Assembly (NCBI GenBank): GCA_963666985.2
Contig: CAXXIA010000002.1
Span: 2,560,001-2,624,000 of the forward strand
Length of the DNA stretch: 64,000 nucleotides
DNA from: Spirochaetia bacterium
GTDB lineage: Bacteria > Spirochaetota > Spirochaetia > DSM-2461
Reading direction: 5' to 3'
The notes below the pieces were generated by a model that saw nothing but the letters and a program-made list of their open reading frames with translations, did not search any database and was not told where the DNA came from. The translations under genes were made by a program, and so were the position numbers. This document shows, piece by piece, positions 35,961 to 46,387 of this stretch (positions are counted from its first letter, which is position 1; every line of letters begins with the position of its first letter).

Positions 35961-37426
35961 AACTGGCCCGCAAGCTTCAGATAACCTATCTGCTTCTTTT
36001 GGTGGGGCCCGTCATGATTATCGGGCTTCTCTTTGTAGTCACCTATTTCATCGGGGGCCATATCATCGGGCCGTTTTCCGAGATCGACGGACCGGGTTTC
36101 ATCAAATCCGAACTCTCCCTCATTATGAAGAAAGACTGGGAGCGCTACTCGGATCTCCGGGAACATATTGTGATATTCATCCTCGCCGAGGACGGAACCA
36201 TGGTTTTTCCGGAAATCTCCGATAGGAACATTATTCCCGCGGACCATCCCCTCGCCGATCAGGTGAAAGGGCTCAATATCTTCCAGCCCGGTTCCATTTC
36301 TCCCGAACCTTCGGGTCTGTCCACTCCGATTTCCCTGATCGATGTTTTTGAAAAGTACGGAACGAAATGGTCTTACGGATTGTACATTACGCCGTTTACT
36401 GTGAACGGTGAACGCTACACCGCCGGGTGGCAGGAACCCATTATGGGTTTTCGGGGGTTCATCGCCCGAAAAGGCTGGTTTTTTCCGCTCTTTATCTTCA
36501 CGTTTATGATGATTATTCCCGTATTCGTTGAAACCAAGCTTCGTAAATCCATACAGCGCCTTCAGGAATCTGCGCTGCGCATCAGGGAAGGCGATTTCGA
36601 GCATCCCGTTCCGCTTGATAAACGCGATAATTTGGTCGATTTGGCCGAGTCCTTGGAAGATGTTCGGGTTAAGCTTAAGGACGGACGCGACCAGGGAATC
36701 CGATATCTGATGGCCGTTTCCCATGATTTGCGGACGCCTCTTACGTCCATCAAGGGATACATCGAAGCCTTAGGCGACGGTTTGGCCGAAACCCCGGAGG
36801 AGTACGCGCGTTATCTGGCGATACTGGCCGAAAAAGCGGCCCTTTTGGAAAATCGAATCGGTGAGCTGATTGATTTTTCCCGCGCCATGACCGGAGGCGT
36901 TATCGCCGCCAGAACCTTCATCGATGCCGCGGATTTCTTTTTCCGGCTCGACGCCGCTTTTCGGACGGAAGCGGGATTCTCCGGTAGAAAATACGTTTCC
37001 GAACTCTCTCTTTCCGGAGGGGTAATCGTGGAAGGAAACGCCGAAGCCCTTTACCGGGCCTGGGAGAATCTTTTCATTAATGCCGTACGCCACACGGAAG
37101 AAGGAAGCCGCATTTGTTTAAGGATCGGAATCGACGATTCCGGTACTTTGCCGGGATTGAAGGAAAAGGGGGCCTCCCGAAGAGTCGATGCCGTTCTCTT
37201 CGGTGAGATTGAGGATGACGGCGAAGGCGTCGACGAGGCGTTCGTACCGCTGCTCTTCGAACCGTTTTCCCGAGCGGACAAGGGACGAAACAGCGAAGGT
37301 CTCGGCCTCGGTCTCGCGGCCGCCAAGTTCGTCGCCAAGGTTCACGGAGGAGACGTTGATTATCGTCCTTCTCCCGGCGGCGGGGCGATTTTCCGGATTC
37401 GGATTCCCTGCCGGCTTCCGGAATAA
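35957..37426 (+). CDS. Sensor histidine kinase
   Basis: HAMP, SHDLRTPLT, NLFINA, DDGEG, GLGL. Confidence 0.93.
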   Translation: MKLARKLQITYLLLLVGPVMIIGLLFVVTYFIGGHIIGPFSEIDGPGFIKSELSLIMKKDWERYSDLREHIVIFILAEDGTMVFPEISDRNIIPADHPLADQVKGLNIFQPGSISPEPSGLSTPISLIDVFEKYGTKWSYGLYITPFTVNGERYTAGWQEPIMGFRGFIARKGWFFPLFIFTFMMIIPVFVETKLRKSIQRLQESALRIREGDFEHPVPLDKRDNLVDLAESLEDVRVKLKDGRDQGIRYLMAVSHDLRTPLTSIKGYIEALGDGLAETPEEYARYLAILAEKAALLENRIGELIDFSRAMTGGVIAARTFIDAADFFFRLDAAFRTEAGFSGRKYVSELSLSGGVIVEGNAEALYRAWENLFINAVRHTEEGSRICLRIGIDDSGTLPGLKEKGASRRVDAVLFGEIEDDGEGVDEAFVPLLFEPFSRADKGRNSEGLGLGLAAAKFVAKVHGGDVDYRPSPGGGAIFRIRIPCRLPE

Positions 37427-37534
37427 CGTCCGTTCGGCGAACATTCCGCCGGCTGATGGAAGAATTCGTTTTTTTGGCGATCCGCAGGAAAACGAACCGG
37501 TTTTTTACCGAAGAAAAGCCGCCTGCAGGACTTG

Positions 37535-38104
37535 TTAGGGCAGGGGGGAACCCGCATTGCGCCAGCGTTCCAGCTCGTCAAGAAAGTTCGGCGTGAAGGA
37601 ACCGGCATCAGGACTCTCGGCCGCCGTGAAATCAATCTCTTTAACATCCCAGAACCGGCCTTCCGAGATTTCACTTTCCTGAAGAGCAAAAGGGCCGTTC
37701 CATCGGCATATCCAGGTATGGACGAATTCCGATTCGTATTCGTTGGCATGAATGTATGCGTGCAGAAAGATCAGTTTCGGCGCTTTTTCGCCTTTCTGAG
37801 GAATCCCGAGTTCTTCGGCCAGCTCCCTTAATGCGGCGGCTTTTCCATCCTCACCCGCATCAACGTGTCCGCCGACGGACGTGTCCCATTTTCCGGGCTG
37901 CACATCCTTGTCTTCGGCGCGTTTCTGAAGGAAAAGATCTCCTTCCCGATTGAATACAAGAACGTGGACCACTCGGTGGAGAAGCGCCGGATTTCCATGA
38001 ACCTCATTTCGGAAGGCGCGTCCTATGACATGGTTGTGAGTGTCCACGATATCGAGGAGTTCGCCGCCGGTTTTCGGGGTGCTTTTGGAGTTCCTTGTAC
38101 TCAC
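37535..38104 (-). CDS. NUDIX hydrolase (IDI/YfcD-like)
   Basis: LHRVVHV, LQKRA, GGHVDAGE...AALRELAEELG. Confidence 0.9.
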   Translation of the reverse strand: MSTRNSKSTPKTGGELLDIVDTHNHVIGRAFRNEVHGNPALLHRVVHVLVFNREGDLFLQKRAEDKDVQPGKWDTSVGGHVDAGEDGKAAALRELAEELGIPQKGEKAPKLIFLHAYIHANEYESEFVHTWICRWNGPFALQESEISEGRFWDVKEIDFTAAESPDAGSFTPNFLDELERWRNAGSPLP

Positions 38105-38709
38105 GGGGCAATCTCAAGACAGTTCAGAATCGCGTCCATGCGCCGACCCGCTCTGCCGCGATGGGATATGAGGTTTTTTTCATCCGAGGGGAGCTGCGCG
38201 ACCGTGCATCCGCGTTCGGGCAGATAGAAGATCGGGTCGTATCCGAATCCTCCGCATCCCGCGGCTGAGTCCGCGATTCGTCCGGAGAACGTTTCCTGGG
38301 CGGTGAAAACACGGTATTCGTCCGCGATGAAGACCATGCAGCAGACAAAAAAGGCGCGCCTCTCTTCGCCGCTCAAGTGAGCCATGTTGCGCAACAAAAG
38401 GCCGTTGCGTTCGGCAGCTTCCAGTTCCCGGCCCGCTTCATCGCCGCCGTACCGGGCCGAATAAATCCCGGGGGCTCCGCCGAGCGCCGGGACCGAAAGG
38501 CCCGAATCGTCGGCCAATACCGCGCGTCCGCCTGATTGAGCGAAAAGAACGCGGGCTTTAATAAGGGCATTTTCCAGATATGTCGCACCGGTTTCGTCGG
38601 CATCGAAATCAACGCCGATATCCGCCGGAAGCAGGATGGAATGATCCCTTAGAATGCGTTCGAGCTCTTCTTTTTTATGCCGATTTCCGGATGCAAGTAC
38701 GAATTCCAT
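38101..38709 (-). CDS. rdgB: Non-canonical purine NTP pyrophosphatase
   Basis: ASGNRHK, ENALIKA, ADDSGL, GFGYDPIF, SHRG. Confidence 0.95.
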   Translation of the reverse strand: MEFVLASGNRHKKEELERILRDHSILLPADIGVDFDADETGATYLENALIKARVLFAQSGGRAVLADDSGLSVPALGGAPGIYSARYGGDEAGRELEAAERNGLLLRNMAHLSGEERRAFFVCCMVFIADEYRVFTAQETFSGRIADSAAGCGGFGYDPIFYLPERGCTVAQLPSDEKNLISHRGRAGRRMDAILNCLEIAP

Positions 38710-38977
38710 AACCGAATGTATCCTTATGAGTCCGCCCTCTTCAAGGGGACTTCGGATAGGTATCGGTCAGAGAGGGCAGAGTCTCTGCCGGAGCCGGGAA
38801 AGGCCTTGCGGGCAGGACCTTTTGCGGCCGCCCCGGGAACCCTCTGAGCGGGAACGACCGGCATAAGGTCGGCAAATTTTAAGTGCTCAGCCGCAATGAA
38901 TCGGCCGCGAAAAAGGCAAAATCCGCGATAACGATGCCGATTTCAACTTGGATGCTCAACCGCGGTATAAGTGCCGA

Positions 38978-39979
38978 TCAGTTCCCTGAGTGCACGTTCT
39001 CTTGAGGCTTCGGGACCGTTCTCTGCGGGCGAATCCGGTGAGTCGTCCGCTGTTCCTGAGCCGGGATGTTTCTTAAGCGGAGCTTTTGGGGAACGGGTAA
39101 GCCGGATTCCATGTCGTTCCAGATTTTTCTGACAAAGAACAATCCGGAGGAAACCGTACCCGGCGGAACATCCAGCAGCCGCCCGATTTCCTCATGAGAC
39201 GGCGATACGTTCAAATGCCGCAGATTCTCGCAGGCCGACTCGTAACGTTTTTCCCATGTGTGCATTCTTCTTTCCAATAAGGGTTTTGAATCGGGATTCC
39301 CATGGCCGTCCGAAGCGGCGAGCATCTTGGCGCCGTTCAGGTGGTACCAGCATTCATTGCGCCGCCGCTTCAGCTTTTCCCGTTTGTCTACCTTTGATGC
39401 AACCAAGCCGCGGGCCCGCTTTGTTTTCTCCTCAAGCCATTCGGGATCGACCCCGGTAAGTCCGGCCAATACGGGAATCCGATCCTCCGGTATATCGGCG
39501 GCTTTCAGCAGGATAACGAACAAAAGACGTCTTCTGAAGGCCCAGTCGCCCAAGCGGCCTTCACTGTCGAGTTCGAAAGGACATTCGTCTTCGAACGATC
39601 CGTCTTTAATCAGGGCCTCAAAATCACCGCCGAGTTCCGGGTTCTCCAACCAGGCCAGAGAAGTCTGCTGTTCGGATTCTTTAACCGACCAGGCGACATA
39701 CCGTTCATACGCGGATTTTTTTTCGATGAACGTCTTCATGTTCCATCTGATTGTGCAGCTCAGGTATGTCTCGAACGAATAGACAGGCTGGTATCGGCCA
39801 ACGATGCCCTTTAATTTCGGAAGGAAAAAAAGAAAGAAATCGCTGCACCGATCTTCGTCCCAGTTCGACCATTTCACCGGGTATTCATAGGAATAAAGAC
39901 AAATCCGTTCATAAAGTTCCCTCCAGCCTTTCCCTGAGTTTTTGTACGCCATTACGGCATGGGTCAATGTACCGTCCAT
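38978..39979 (-). CDS. Divergent sigma70-like protein
   Basis: Region-2-like FETYLSCTIRW and region-4-like HTH SHEEIGRLLDVPPGTVSSGL. Confidence 0.55.
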   Translation of the reverse strand: MDGTLTHAVMAYKNSGKGWRELYERICLYSYEYPVKWSNWDEDRCSDFFLFFLPKLKGIVGRYQPVYSFETYLSCTIRWNMKTFIEKKSAYERYVAWSVKESEQQTSLAWLENPELGGDFEALIKDGSFEDECPFELDSEGRLGDWAFRRRLLFVILLKAADIPEDRIPVLAGLTGVDPEWLEEKTKRARGLVASKVDKREKLKRRRNECWYHLNGAKMLAASDGHGNPDSKPLLERRMHTWEKRYESACENLRHLNVSPSHEEIGRLLDVPPGTVSSGLFFVRKIWNDMESGLPVPQKLRLRNIPAQEQRTTHRIRPQRTVPKPQENVHSGN

Positions 39980-40012
39980 ACGGTTCTCCTCATTTTGGGG
40001 TGTGCTTCATAA

Positions 40013-40028
40013 AGCAAGGAGTGTGCCC
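40013..40028 (-). promoter_or_regulatory. Sigma54 promoter upstream of the sigma-like gene
   Basis: GGGCACACTCCTTGCT = GGCAC-N5-TTGCT, 33 nt before the ATG; GAGGAG RBS. Confidence 0.75.
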
Positions 40029-40524
40029 GGATAAGGGACGTTTTAGGGGTATTCGGGTTGTGTATAGTAAACAAGGAGTTGAAAATCCGACAAAAGTGTC
40101 GTTTTTTTTATCTTGATGATCCCCGCCGGCGTTTCAGGAGGGCGGATTTTTGTATTCTACGGGAGATTTATCGAGCCGACAGCGGCGCCGAGCTGACCTA
40201 TTCAATTAAGGCGGTCAAAGCTTCACTGTAAGGAATCGTCGGGTTCGGCAGAACGGAGGGCCGCTTCGTTGGAAGCCGCTCTAACCGCCCGAATCGTGTA
40301 ACTGGGATGGTCACCTTCCTAAAAGGGCGTTCAACGTTTCGGCCCGATGCCGGCCCCTAAGCCACTTTTCGGATTTCACTGGATACAGGGCGGCCCGTTC
40401 GCTAAGGGCGCCGCCCCAATTCGGCATTAGGAGAGTCTCGTTCGCTGCGGACGCCGGTCCTGATTTGTTTAAGAAAGCGTTGATAAAGCGCAAATTTTGT
40501 CGTGATTCATACGAAAGATTTTGT

Positions 40525-41730
40525 TTAAGTCAGTTTTTCATCCATCCAATCAAATAAAAGCTGGCTCATCAAATGGATATTGGTTCCCACAGCGTGGGAA
40601 TCGGCCCCTTCGTCGGCGGGGGTTATTAGCAATGTGGAATCCTTAACGGCTTTTAAACAATGTTCTGCGGCGTTTTGTGTAGGAGGAAACTGAAAATATT
40701 CCTGTTCCGCTACAAGATTCAAAAGCGGGCATTTGATTTCTTCCGGGTTAAATTTCATAGGTTCACTGTTGATAAGCAACTCATCATTGTTTCGCGCCCC
40801 CCATCTCCATCGATAGGTTTCCACAAGATTGATGAACGACCTATAGGTATCGGGTTTCAGGAGTTTCATAATTTTCCCCGGCAGGGACTTATGGAGATTC
40901 AGCAGCTTGCGGGTCCAAAGAGTGTTTAAATCCAGGATGACACTGCAGGCGGCGACAGCTTTGATTCGCTTATCCTTCGATGCGGATCGTGGAGTCAGAT
41001 AACCTCCTCCGCTAATGCCGTAAAGACCTAGTTTCTCCGTATGAATGTCACCTCTTTTTTCCAATTCGTCAATTAAGACTCCGATGGAGGCCTCCGCTTC
41101 CACCGGGAAATACAGACCTTCCCACGGAAGGGGTCCTTGCCCCGGTAAGTCCACCATCACAAGCTGGTATCCTCTGCGAAAAGCCGAAGGACCGATATAG
41201 AAGTAAAGATCTTCCACGAAAGTGTCGCCGCCTCCAATCATTATCAAAGTTTTTCCCGCATCGAGACGGTCGTCGGGTTTGAATATATACCCCGGTAGAA
41301 GTCCTTCTTCGAACGGGATTTCTATGGTTTCGGCTTCCATTGAACGCAATTCGATTCCTCGGCGGAACCAATTTCGGGCGGCCTCGTAAGAAGCCTTGTA
41401 ACGTTTGTCAGTCCTTGGATTTAGAAACAAAGGTGCCGAACGAAAATAGATATAGCCTCTCAGAAAGGCATCCGAAGCACTTAGTTTATGGCCGTGCTTT
41501 TCGGAGTTTTCAGCCCTTGAGAGAACCCGATTGCCCATTGCCGTGAATTCACGGTACCAATCTTCTCCGTTTCCTTCCCTTATATGAGATGCAATGTACA
41601 TCGCTTCTCCGATTTCCGCTCCTCCGCCGGAGCAACTCCCCAAAATCCATTGGAACATGAAGTCGAAGGGCTTGGTTTTGAATCGGTAGGTAATTCGGGC
41701 ATCCCTGGGAAGTCCATCTTGTTTTTTCAT
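40525..41730 (-). CDS. Alpha/beta hydrolase (S9/FrsA-like)
   Basis: GISGGG nucleophile elbow, DLPGQG, C-terminal His; start set at MKKQDG. Confidence 0.88.
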   Translation of the reverse strand: MKKQDGLPRDARITYRFKTKPFDFMFQWILGSCSGGGAEIGEAMYIASHIREGNGEDWYREFTAMGNRVLSRAENSEKHGHKLSASDAFLRGYIYFRSAPLFLNPRTDKRYKASYEAARNWFRRGIELRSMEAETIEIPFEEGLLPGYIFKPDDRLDAGKTLIMIGGGDTFVEDLYFYIGPSAFRRGYQLVMVDLPGQGPLPWEGLYFPVEAEASIGVLIDELEKRGDIHTEKLGLYGISGGGYLTPRSASKDKRIKAVAACSVILDLNTLWTRKLLNLHKSLPGKIMKLLKPDTYRSFINLVETYRWRWGARNNDELLINSEPMKFNPEEIKCPLLNLVAEQEYFQFPPTQNAAEHCLKAVKDSTLLITPADEGADSHAVGTNIHLMSQLLFDWMDEKLT

Positions 41731-41766
41731 TTCTTCCTCCTCGAGTTCTTGAAAAAAAGCTCGCAT

Positions 41767-41789
41767 CTATGCAACAATTTGTTGCATAG
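41767..41789. promoter_or_regulatory. Perfect palindrome, candidate TetR operator
   Basis: CTATGCAACAA-T-TTGTTGCATAG between divergent hydrolase and TetR genes. Confidence 0.75.
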
Positions 41790-41902
41790 TAAAGATGCAT
41801 GGAATCCGGAAATCTCTCAAGTTTTTCTCTGCGGCAGAAACGGAACAGTGTGTTGAGAAAACGACAAAAAACCTGCTTTATGCTGCAAAAGACGAAGTAA
41901 GC

Positions 41903-42511
41903 ATGGAAAGAAAAAATGAGGACCCCCGCATTCTTAGATCTCGAGAGGCTCTTATGGGAGCTCTTGCCGAGGAACTGGAGAAGAAATCCTTTTCGTCGAT
42001 ATCCGTTTCCTCTCTGTGTCGAACCGCGGGAGTGGATCGAGCTACGTTTTATCGGCACTTCGAGGATAAGCAGGATTTGCTTGAGCGGGGTATAGCGCAA
42101 CTTCTGGACCGTATTATTCAAAGAACCGGCGCCGGTAGTCCCGATGATCCTCATTTTTTAAATCGGATTGAACACCTGTTTCAGGATTTGGAAAAACACA
42201 GAAATATGCTGCGTCCCTTCGTTTCTTCTTCCGCTTCGATATTCATTGAGGAGCGATTCAAAAAACTATTATTTGATTTTCTTTTGCACCAACGGATTCA
42301 AGAACTTTTTCCCAATTCTCAGAAAAGCTCATTTCTTCCGGAAATTCTGACGGTAATGACCGGATCGGCCCTCTATGGACTTATCAAAATGTGGCTGTCG
42401 GAGAAACCTGAATGGGACTCCACTGTTTTGGCGGAAGTTTATCGGTCCTACATAACAGGAGGGGTGGGGATTTTCATCAATAGTGAAATTCGATTTCAAG
42501 AACCCGTTTGA
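41903..42511 (+). CDS. TetR/AcrR-family regulator
   Basis: DPRILRSR...SVSSLCRTAGVDRATFYRHFEDK. Confidence 0.92.
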   Translation: MERKNEDPRILRSREALMGALAEELEKKSFSSISVSSLCRTAGVDRATFYRHFEDKQDLLERGIAQLLDRIIQRTGAGSPDDPHFLNRIEHLFQDLEKHRNMLRPFVSSSASIFIEERFKKLLFDFLLHQRIQELFPNSQKSSFLPEILTVMTGSALYGLIKMWLSEKPEWDSTVLAEVYRSYITGGVGIFINSEIRFQEPV

Positions 42512-42615
42512 AAATGAGTCGCAATGAGTGCCGATTCGGCAAATCATTCGGCATCTGATGATGTACTTATCGGCGGCCGGGCGCGCGCTTGTTGAAGGAA
42601 GAGTCGGAACGGACG

Positions 42616-42653
42616 AAAAAAAGGGGCTGTCTCATAAGTTTTGAGACAGCCCC
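42616..42653 (-). terminator. Intrinsic terminator of the RND operon
   Basis: GGGGCTGTCTCA/TGAGACAGCCCC stem followed by a T run on the minus strand. Confidence 0.8.
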
Positions 42654-42661
42654 GATCGGGA

Positions 42662-42946
42662 TCAGCCGGTGACGAAACAGCGGATTCCTTCGGTCGGAAA
42701 GCGCTCTTTTACTTCGGCGACGGCCGACTCCACGGCCGCCGCCAGATCATCATCCCCATAGATGATGAGAATGAAATTTTCTTCCGGCCAGATATGATCC
42801 CCCCTCTTGGGTTCCGTGTCTCCGCGTCCGTGAACGCTGGGGATTTTTGTATAGTGACTCGCCGCACCTCTGGATTGGAGAACATCCATAATATCCTGCT
42901 CCACCGAATGGTTGGCGATGATTTCAATGCGCTTCAGTCCTCTCAT
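42662..42946 (-). CDS. PII-like transporter-associated protein (PG0541-like)
   Basis: KRIEIIAN...HGRG..EPKRGDHIWPEEN. Confidence 0.75.
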   Translation of the reverse strand: MRGLKRIEIIANHSVEQDIMDVLQSRGAASHYTKIPSVHGRGDTEPKRGDHIWPEENFILIIYGDDDLAAAVESAVAEVKERFPTEGIRCFVTG

Positions 42947-45900
42947 GCTTCTTCTCCTTGGGGCAGCAGGTGCCGGATTTCCTCAATATCGCAGTACGAA
43001 ACGCCGCCGGCCCGTCTTTTGTTTCTGTAGTAGTAAACGAAGAATACGATGGTCAGAACCAGAACGCCGATGAGAATCGGAACGCCGAGGGCAATGACGG
43101 ATTTCAGGATAAGACCCATCTCCTCGGGCATGGGAGCGACTGAAAGCAGCGTGAAAATCACGGCGGCCAATGCAATCAGCGGCAGGAAGAATCCCCCTGC
43201 ATGCCGCTTCAGGAATCCTCCGATGTATTCTGCGAACATATTGAAGTACACGTAAACCATGGGGACGAAAATCAGAGTTAAGAGAGTACTGGTAATCATG
43301 CCGCCGACGATGGTCTGCCCGATGGGCCGAACCAGTTCTGCTCCCTCGCCGGTGCCGAAGGCCAGAGGAACCATTCCCAAAATCGTCGTTAGGGAGGTCA
43401 TCAGAATCGGCCGGAGTCTGTTGCCGCCGGCTTCCACGGCCGCATTGCGGATTTTAATGTCGCGGCTGCGCAGCAGGTTGATGTAGTCGATCAGAACGAT
43501 ACCGTTGTTCACCGCGATTCCCACCAGCATCAGAAGTCCCACTGCCGAGAACATGGACAGAGGCGTTTTGTAGGCGAACACCGGCAGATTCATCAGTGAA
43601 TAAAGCAGGAGAATCCCCGGAGTAATCAGTGTTATCGATAGGAAGATAACGAAAGGATCGAGGAGAGACTCAAAGAGACTCGCCATGATTCCGTACACCA
43701 AAACCAGGGCCACGATCATTACCAGAGCGAACTTGCCGAGGTATTTCATCAGTTCGGCGAAGTCGCCTGAGTATTCCAGAACCACATCGTCGTCGATAAC
43801 GATTTTCTCTCCTATTGCTTTGCGGACCGCCGTTTCCGCGGCATTCAGGGAAACCCCCGGTTTCTGCCGCGCCGTAACATGCACCACCCGGGAGCGGTCT
43901 TCCCTGGCGATGGAAACAGGGCCGGTTGTCCGCTCTATTCGGGCGATGGAACTTACAGGGATTCGCTCTCCGGTGGCGCTGAGCGTGAAGATGCGGTTCA
44001 AATCCGGAATGTCCCTGCGGTCTTCTTCACGCAGGATTACCAGAATATCGATTTCATCACCGCCCGAACGGTACCGGCCGGCTGTCGCGCCGTTCACCGC
44101 GGTGCTGATTTCGTTGGCAACGGTATAGATATTCAGTCCCAATGCATAAGCTTTGTCGCGGTCGATAACGATGCTGGCTATGGGCAGACCTTCGGAGAGT
44201 GAAATCTGCGGTTCGATCACCTCGTCGACTTCGTTGTCCAGAAGATCCTTGATTGTATTGGCCAAGTTCCGGGCTTTGCTTAAATCATCCGTTCGAAGCA
44301 CGATATCGATGGGAGAGCTGCCGCTCATGAAATTTTGCTGTTCGTAATTGAAATCGGCCGAAGGAAATTCATCGGCATGAGAGCGGAGTTTCTCCAGCAT
44401 CACGTCATAGGAATCGATTTGCTGATTATAGGGAGGCAGGGTGATATAGAGGGCTCCCGCGTTGGAGGCGGCGCTGCCGAAGAAGCTTCCGTCGTTTCCG
44501 GCCAAAACAAAGATATCCTGATATCCCTGTATTTCGGTTCTGGCGATTTCGGCCAGCTGAAGGAGTGTGTCCTCGGTTGTTTCGTATCGGGTGCCGATGG
44601 GCATTTCAACGCTGAGCTGCACCATATCCTGCGCCTGGTCCGGAGCCAGTTCGAATCCGATGTTCCCTCCGAGAGGTTCCAGCGTAAAGAGGCTGATAAC
44701 GACGATGAGGATGATAATCAGCATCGTCGGGCCTTTATGGCTTAAAACGGCGCCCAGGAGTTTTTTGTATCCGTTATCCAGCCCCGTAAAGGCCTTTTCC
44801 ATAACGGCATCAATCTTCGCGAAAAACGCGGACTTGATCGGCCGCTGTTTTCGCGTGAAAACTTGAAGGTACTTGCTGGAAAGAACCGGCACCAGGGAAA
44901 CCGCGATCAGCAGTGAGGCCAAAAGAGCGATAACGATGGTCAGCGCCAGATCCTGGAAGAGAACACCGATCATGTCGAGTTCTTTCTTGAACATCAGCAG
45001 GGGAAGGAAGATTCCCACGGTGGTAAGGATGGATGCCGTAATGGCCGTAATCATTTCCTGGGAGCCCAGGAACGCGGCCGGGCCGGCTTTGGCGCCTTTT
45101 TCCCGGTATCGATAGATGTTCTCCAGAATAACGATGGAGGAGTCGACGATCATCCCGATGCCCAGCGTGAGTCCCGCCAGAGTCATGATGTTCAAAGTCA
45201 GTCCCGCGAAATACATCACCATGATGGTAATCAGGAGACTGATGGGGATGGACAGCCCGATGATGACCGTGCTCTTCATGCTTCTTAAAAAGACGAAAAG
45301 CACCACCATGGCCAGGACGGCTCCGAGAATCGCCGAAGAGGTTACGCTGTTCAGGGATTGGCGGATCATCTTCGTGGTGTCGTAGATAACCGTCAGTTCA
45401 ACACCTGAAGGGAGATAGGATTCAATGTCGCCCAGGGCGGCATAAATATTGTCCGCGACTTCAACCGAATTGGTTCCCGACTGCTTCTGCATTGAAATAT
45501 AGATGCCGGGCTTTCCGTTTACATAAGTCGTATTGGAAGCATCTTTGTAGGAGTCGCTCACATCGGCGAAATCTCGAAGACGGATGGGCTGCATGGAACC
45601 GAGCGAAGCTCCGGTCATCGGATTAACGCCGCCGCCCTTATACGTGATAACCGCGTTCTTAATATCTTCAATGCTGTCGAATTGACCTTCGGTCTGCACC
45701 AGGTATTTGAAGTTGCCTTCATAAACGCTGCCCGAGCCGATCTGGATATTCTGAGCGGCCAAGGCTTGAGTAACTTGAGAAAGTGTCAGGCCGTAGGCTT
45801 CCAGACGATTCTGAGACACCTCGACACGGACGGCCCGTTCCCGCCCTCCGTAGAGCGAAACCAGCGCGACGCCGTCAATCTGTTCCAGGCGGGGCTGGAT

Positions 45901-46377
45901 CTGGTCTTCGGCGATGGCATAGAGTTCGTCCGGGCTCCTGTTTCCTTCAACGGACATCTGGAAAATGGGAATCATGGAGGGGTCGAACTTGAAAATCTGC
46001 GGAGTTTCCGCGTCATCGGGAAGATATTCCTTAATCAGTTCCAGTTTATCCCGGACGTCGTTGGTGGCTTCCCCCAGATCGATACCCCAGCCCAGTTCCA
46101 GGATAATCATGCTCGTGCCTTCCGAGGAGGTTGAGGTTATCTCCTTCACATTGCTGACGTTGGTCAGAGCTCCTTCCATGGTTCTCGTAACCGACTGTTC
46201 CACTTCCTCGGGGCCCGCGCCCGGATAGGAGGTATACACCACCAGAATGGGCGGAGAAATATCGGGGAAGAGATCGATGGGAACCTGCGGGACGATGTAG
46301 AGCGCCAGTCCCACAAGCAGAACGTATATGATGAGGAAAGTCGTCGGTCTGTTGACGACTTGTTTTGCTATACTCAT
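42943..46377 (-). CDS. RND efflux permease (AcrB family)
   Basis: YPGAGPEEVE, GMIVDSSIVILENI, RLRPILMT; two extra C-terminal TM segments. Confidence 0.95.
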   Translation of the reverse strand: MSIAKQVVNRPTTFLIIYVLLVGLALYIVPQVPIDLFPDISPPILVVYTSYPGAGPEEVEQSVTRTMEGALTNVSNVKEITSTSSEGTSMIILELGWGIDLGEATNDVRDKLELIKEYLPDDAETPQIFKFDPSMIPIFQMSVEGNRSPDELYAIAEDQIQPRLEQIDGVALVSLYGGRERAVRVEVSQNRLEAYGLTLSQVTQALAAQNIQIGSGSVYEGNFKYLVQTEGQFDSIEDIKNAVITYKGGGVNPMTGASLGSMQPIRLRDFADVSDSYKDASNTTYVNGKPGIYISMQKQSGTNSVEVADNIYAALGDIESYLPSGVELTVIYDTTKMIRQSLNSVTSSAILGAVLAMVVLFVFLRSMKSTVIIGLSIPISLLITIMVMYFAGLTLNIMTLAGLTLGIGMIVDSSIVILENIYRYREKGAKAGPAAFLGSQEMITAITASILTTVGIFLPLLMFKKELDMIGVLFQDLALTIVIALLASLLIAVSLVPVLSSKYLQVFTRKQRPIKSAFFAKIDAVMEKAFTGLDNGYKKLLGAVLSHKGPTMLIIILIVVISLFTLEPLGGNIGFELAPDQAQDMVQLSVEMPIGTRYETTEDTLLQLAEIARTEIQGYQDIFVLAGNDGSFFGSAASNAGALYITLPPYNQQIDSYDVMLEKLRSHADEFPSADFNYEQQNFMSGSSPIDIVLRTDDLSKARNLANTIKDLLDNEVDEVIEPQISLSEGLPIASIVIDRDKAYALGLNIYTVANEISTAVNGATAGRYRSGGDEIDILVILREEDRRDIPDLNRIFTLSATGERIPVSSIARIERTTGPVSIAREDRSRVVHVTARQKPGVSLNAAETAVRKAIGEKIVIDDDVVLEYSGDFAELMKYLGKFALVMIVALVLVYGIMASLFESLLDPFVIFLSITLITPGILLLYSLMNLPVFAYKTPLSMFSAVGLLMLVGIAVNNGIVLIDYINLLRSRDIKIRNAAVEAGGNRLRPILMTSLTTILGMVPLAFGTGEGAELVRPIGQTIVGGMITSTLLTLIFVPMVYVYFNMFAEYIGGFLKRHAGGFFLPLIALAAVIFTLLSVAPMPEEMGLILKSVIALGVPILIGVLVLTIVFFVYYYRNKRRAGGVSYCDIEEIRHLLPQGEEA

Positions 46378-46387
46378 GACTCAACCT

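Noticed and set aside
42623..42653. IS terminal inverted repeat or MITE
   Set aside because: No transposase or second copy in the window; position and T-run fit a terminator
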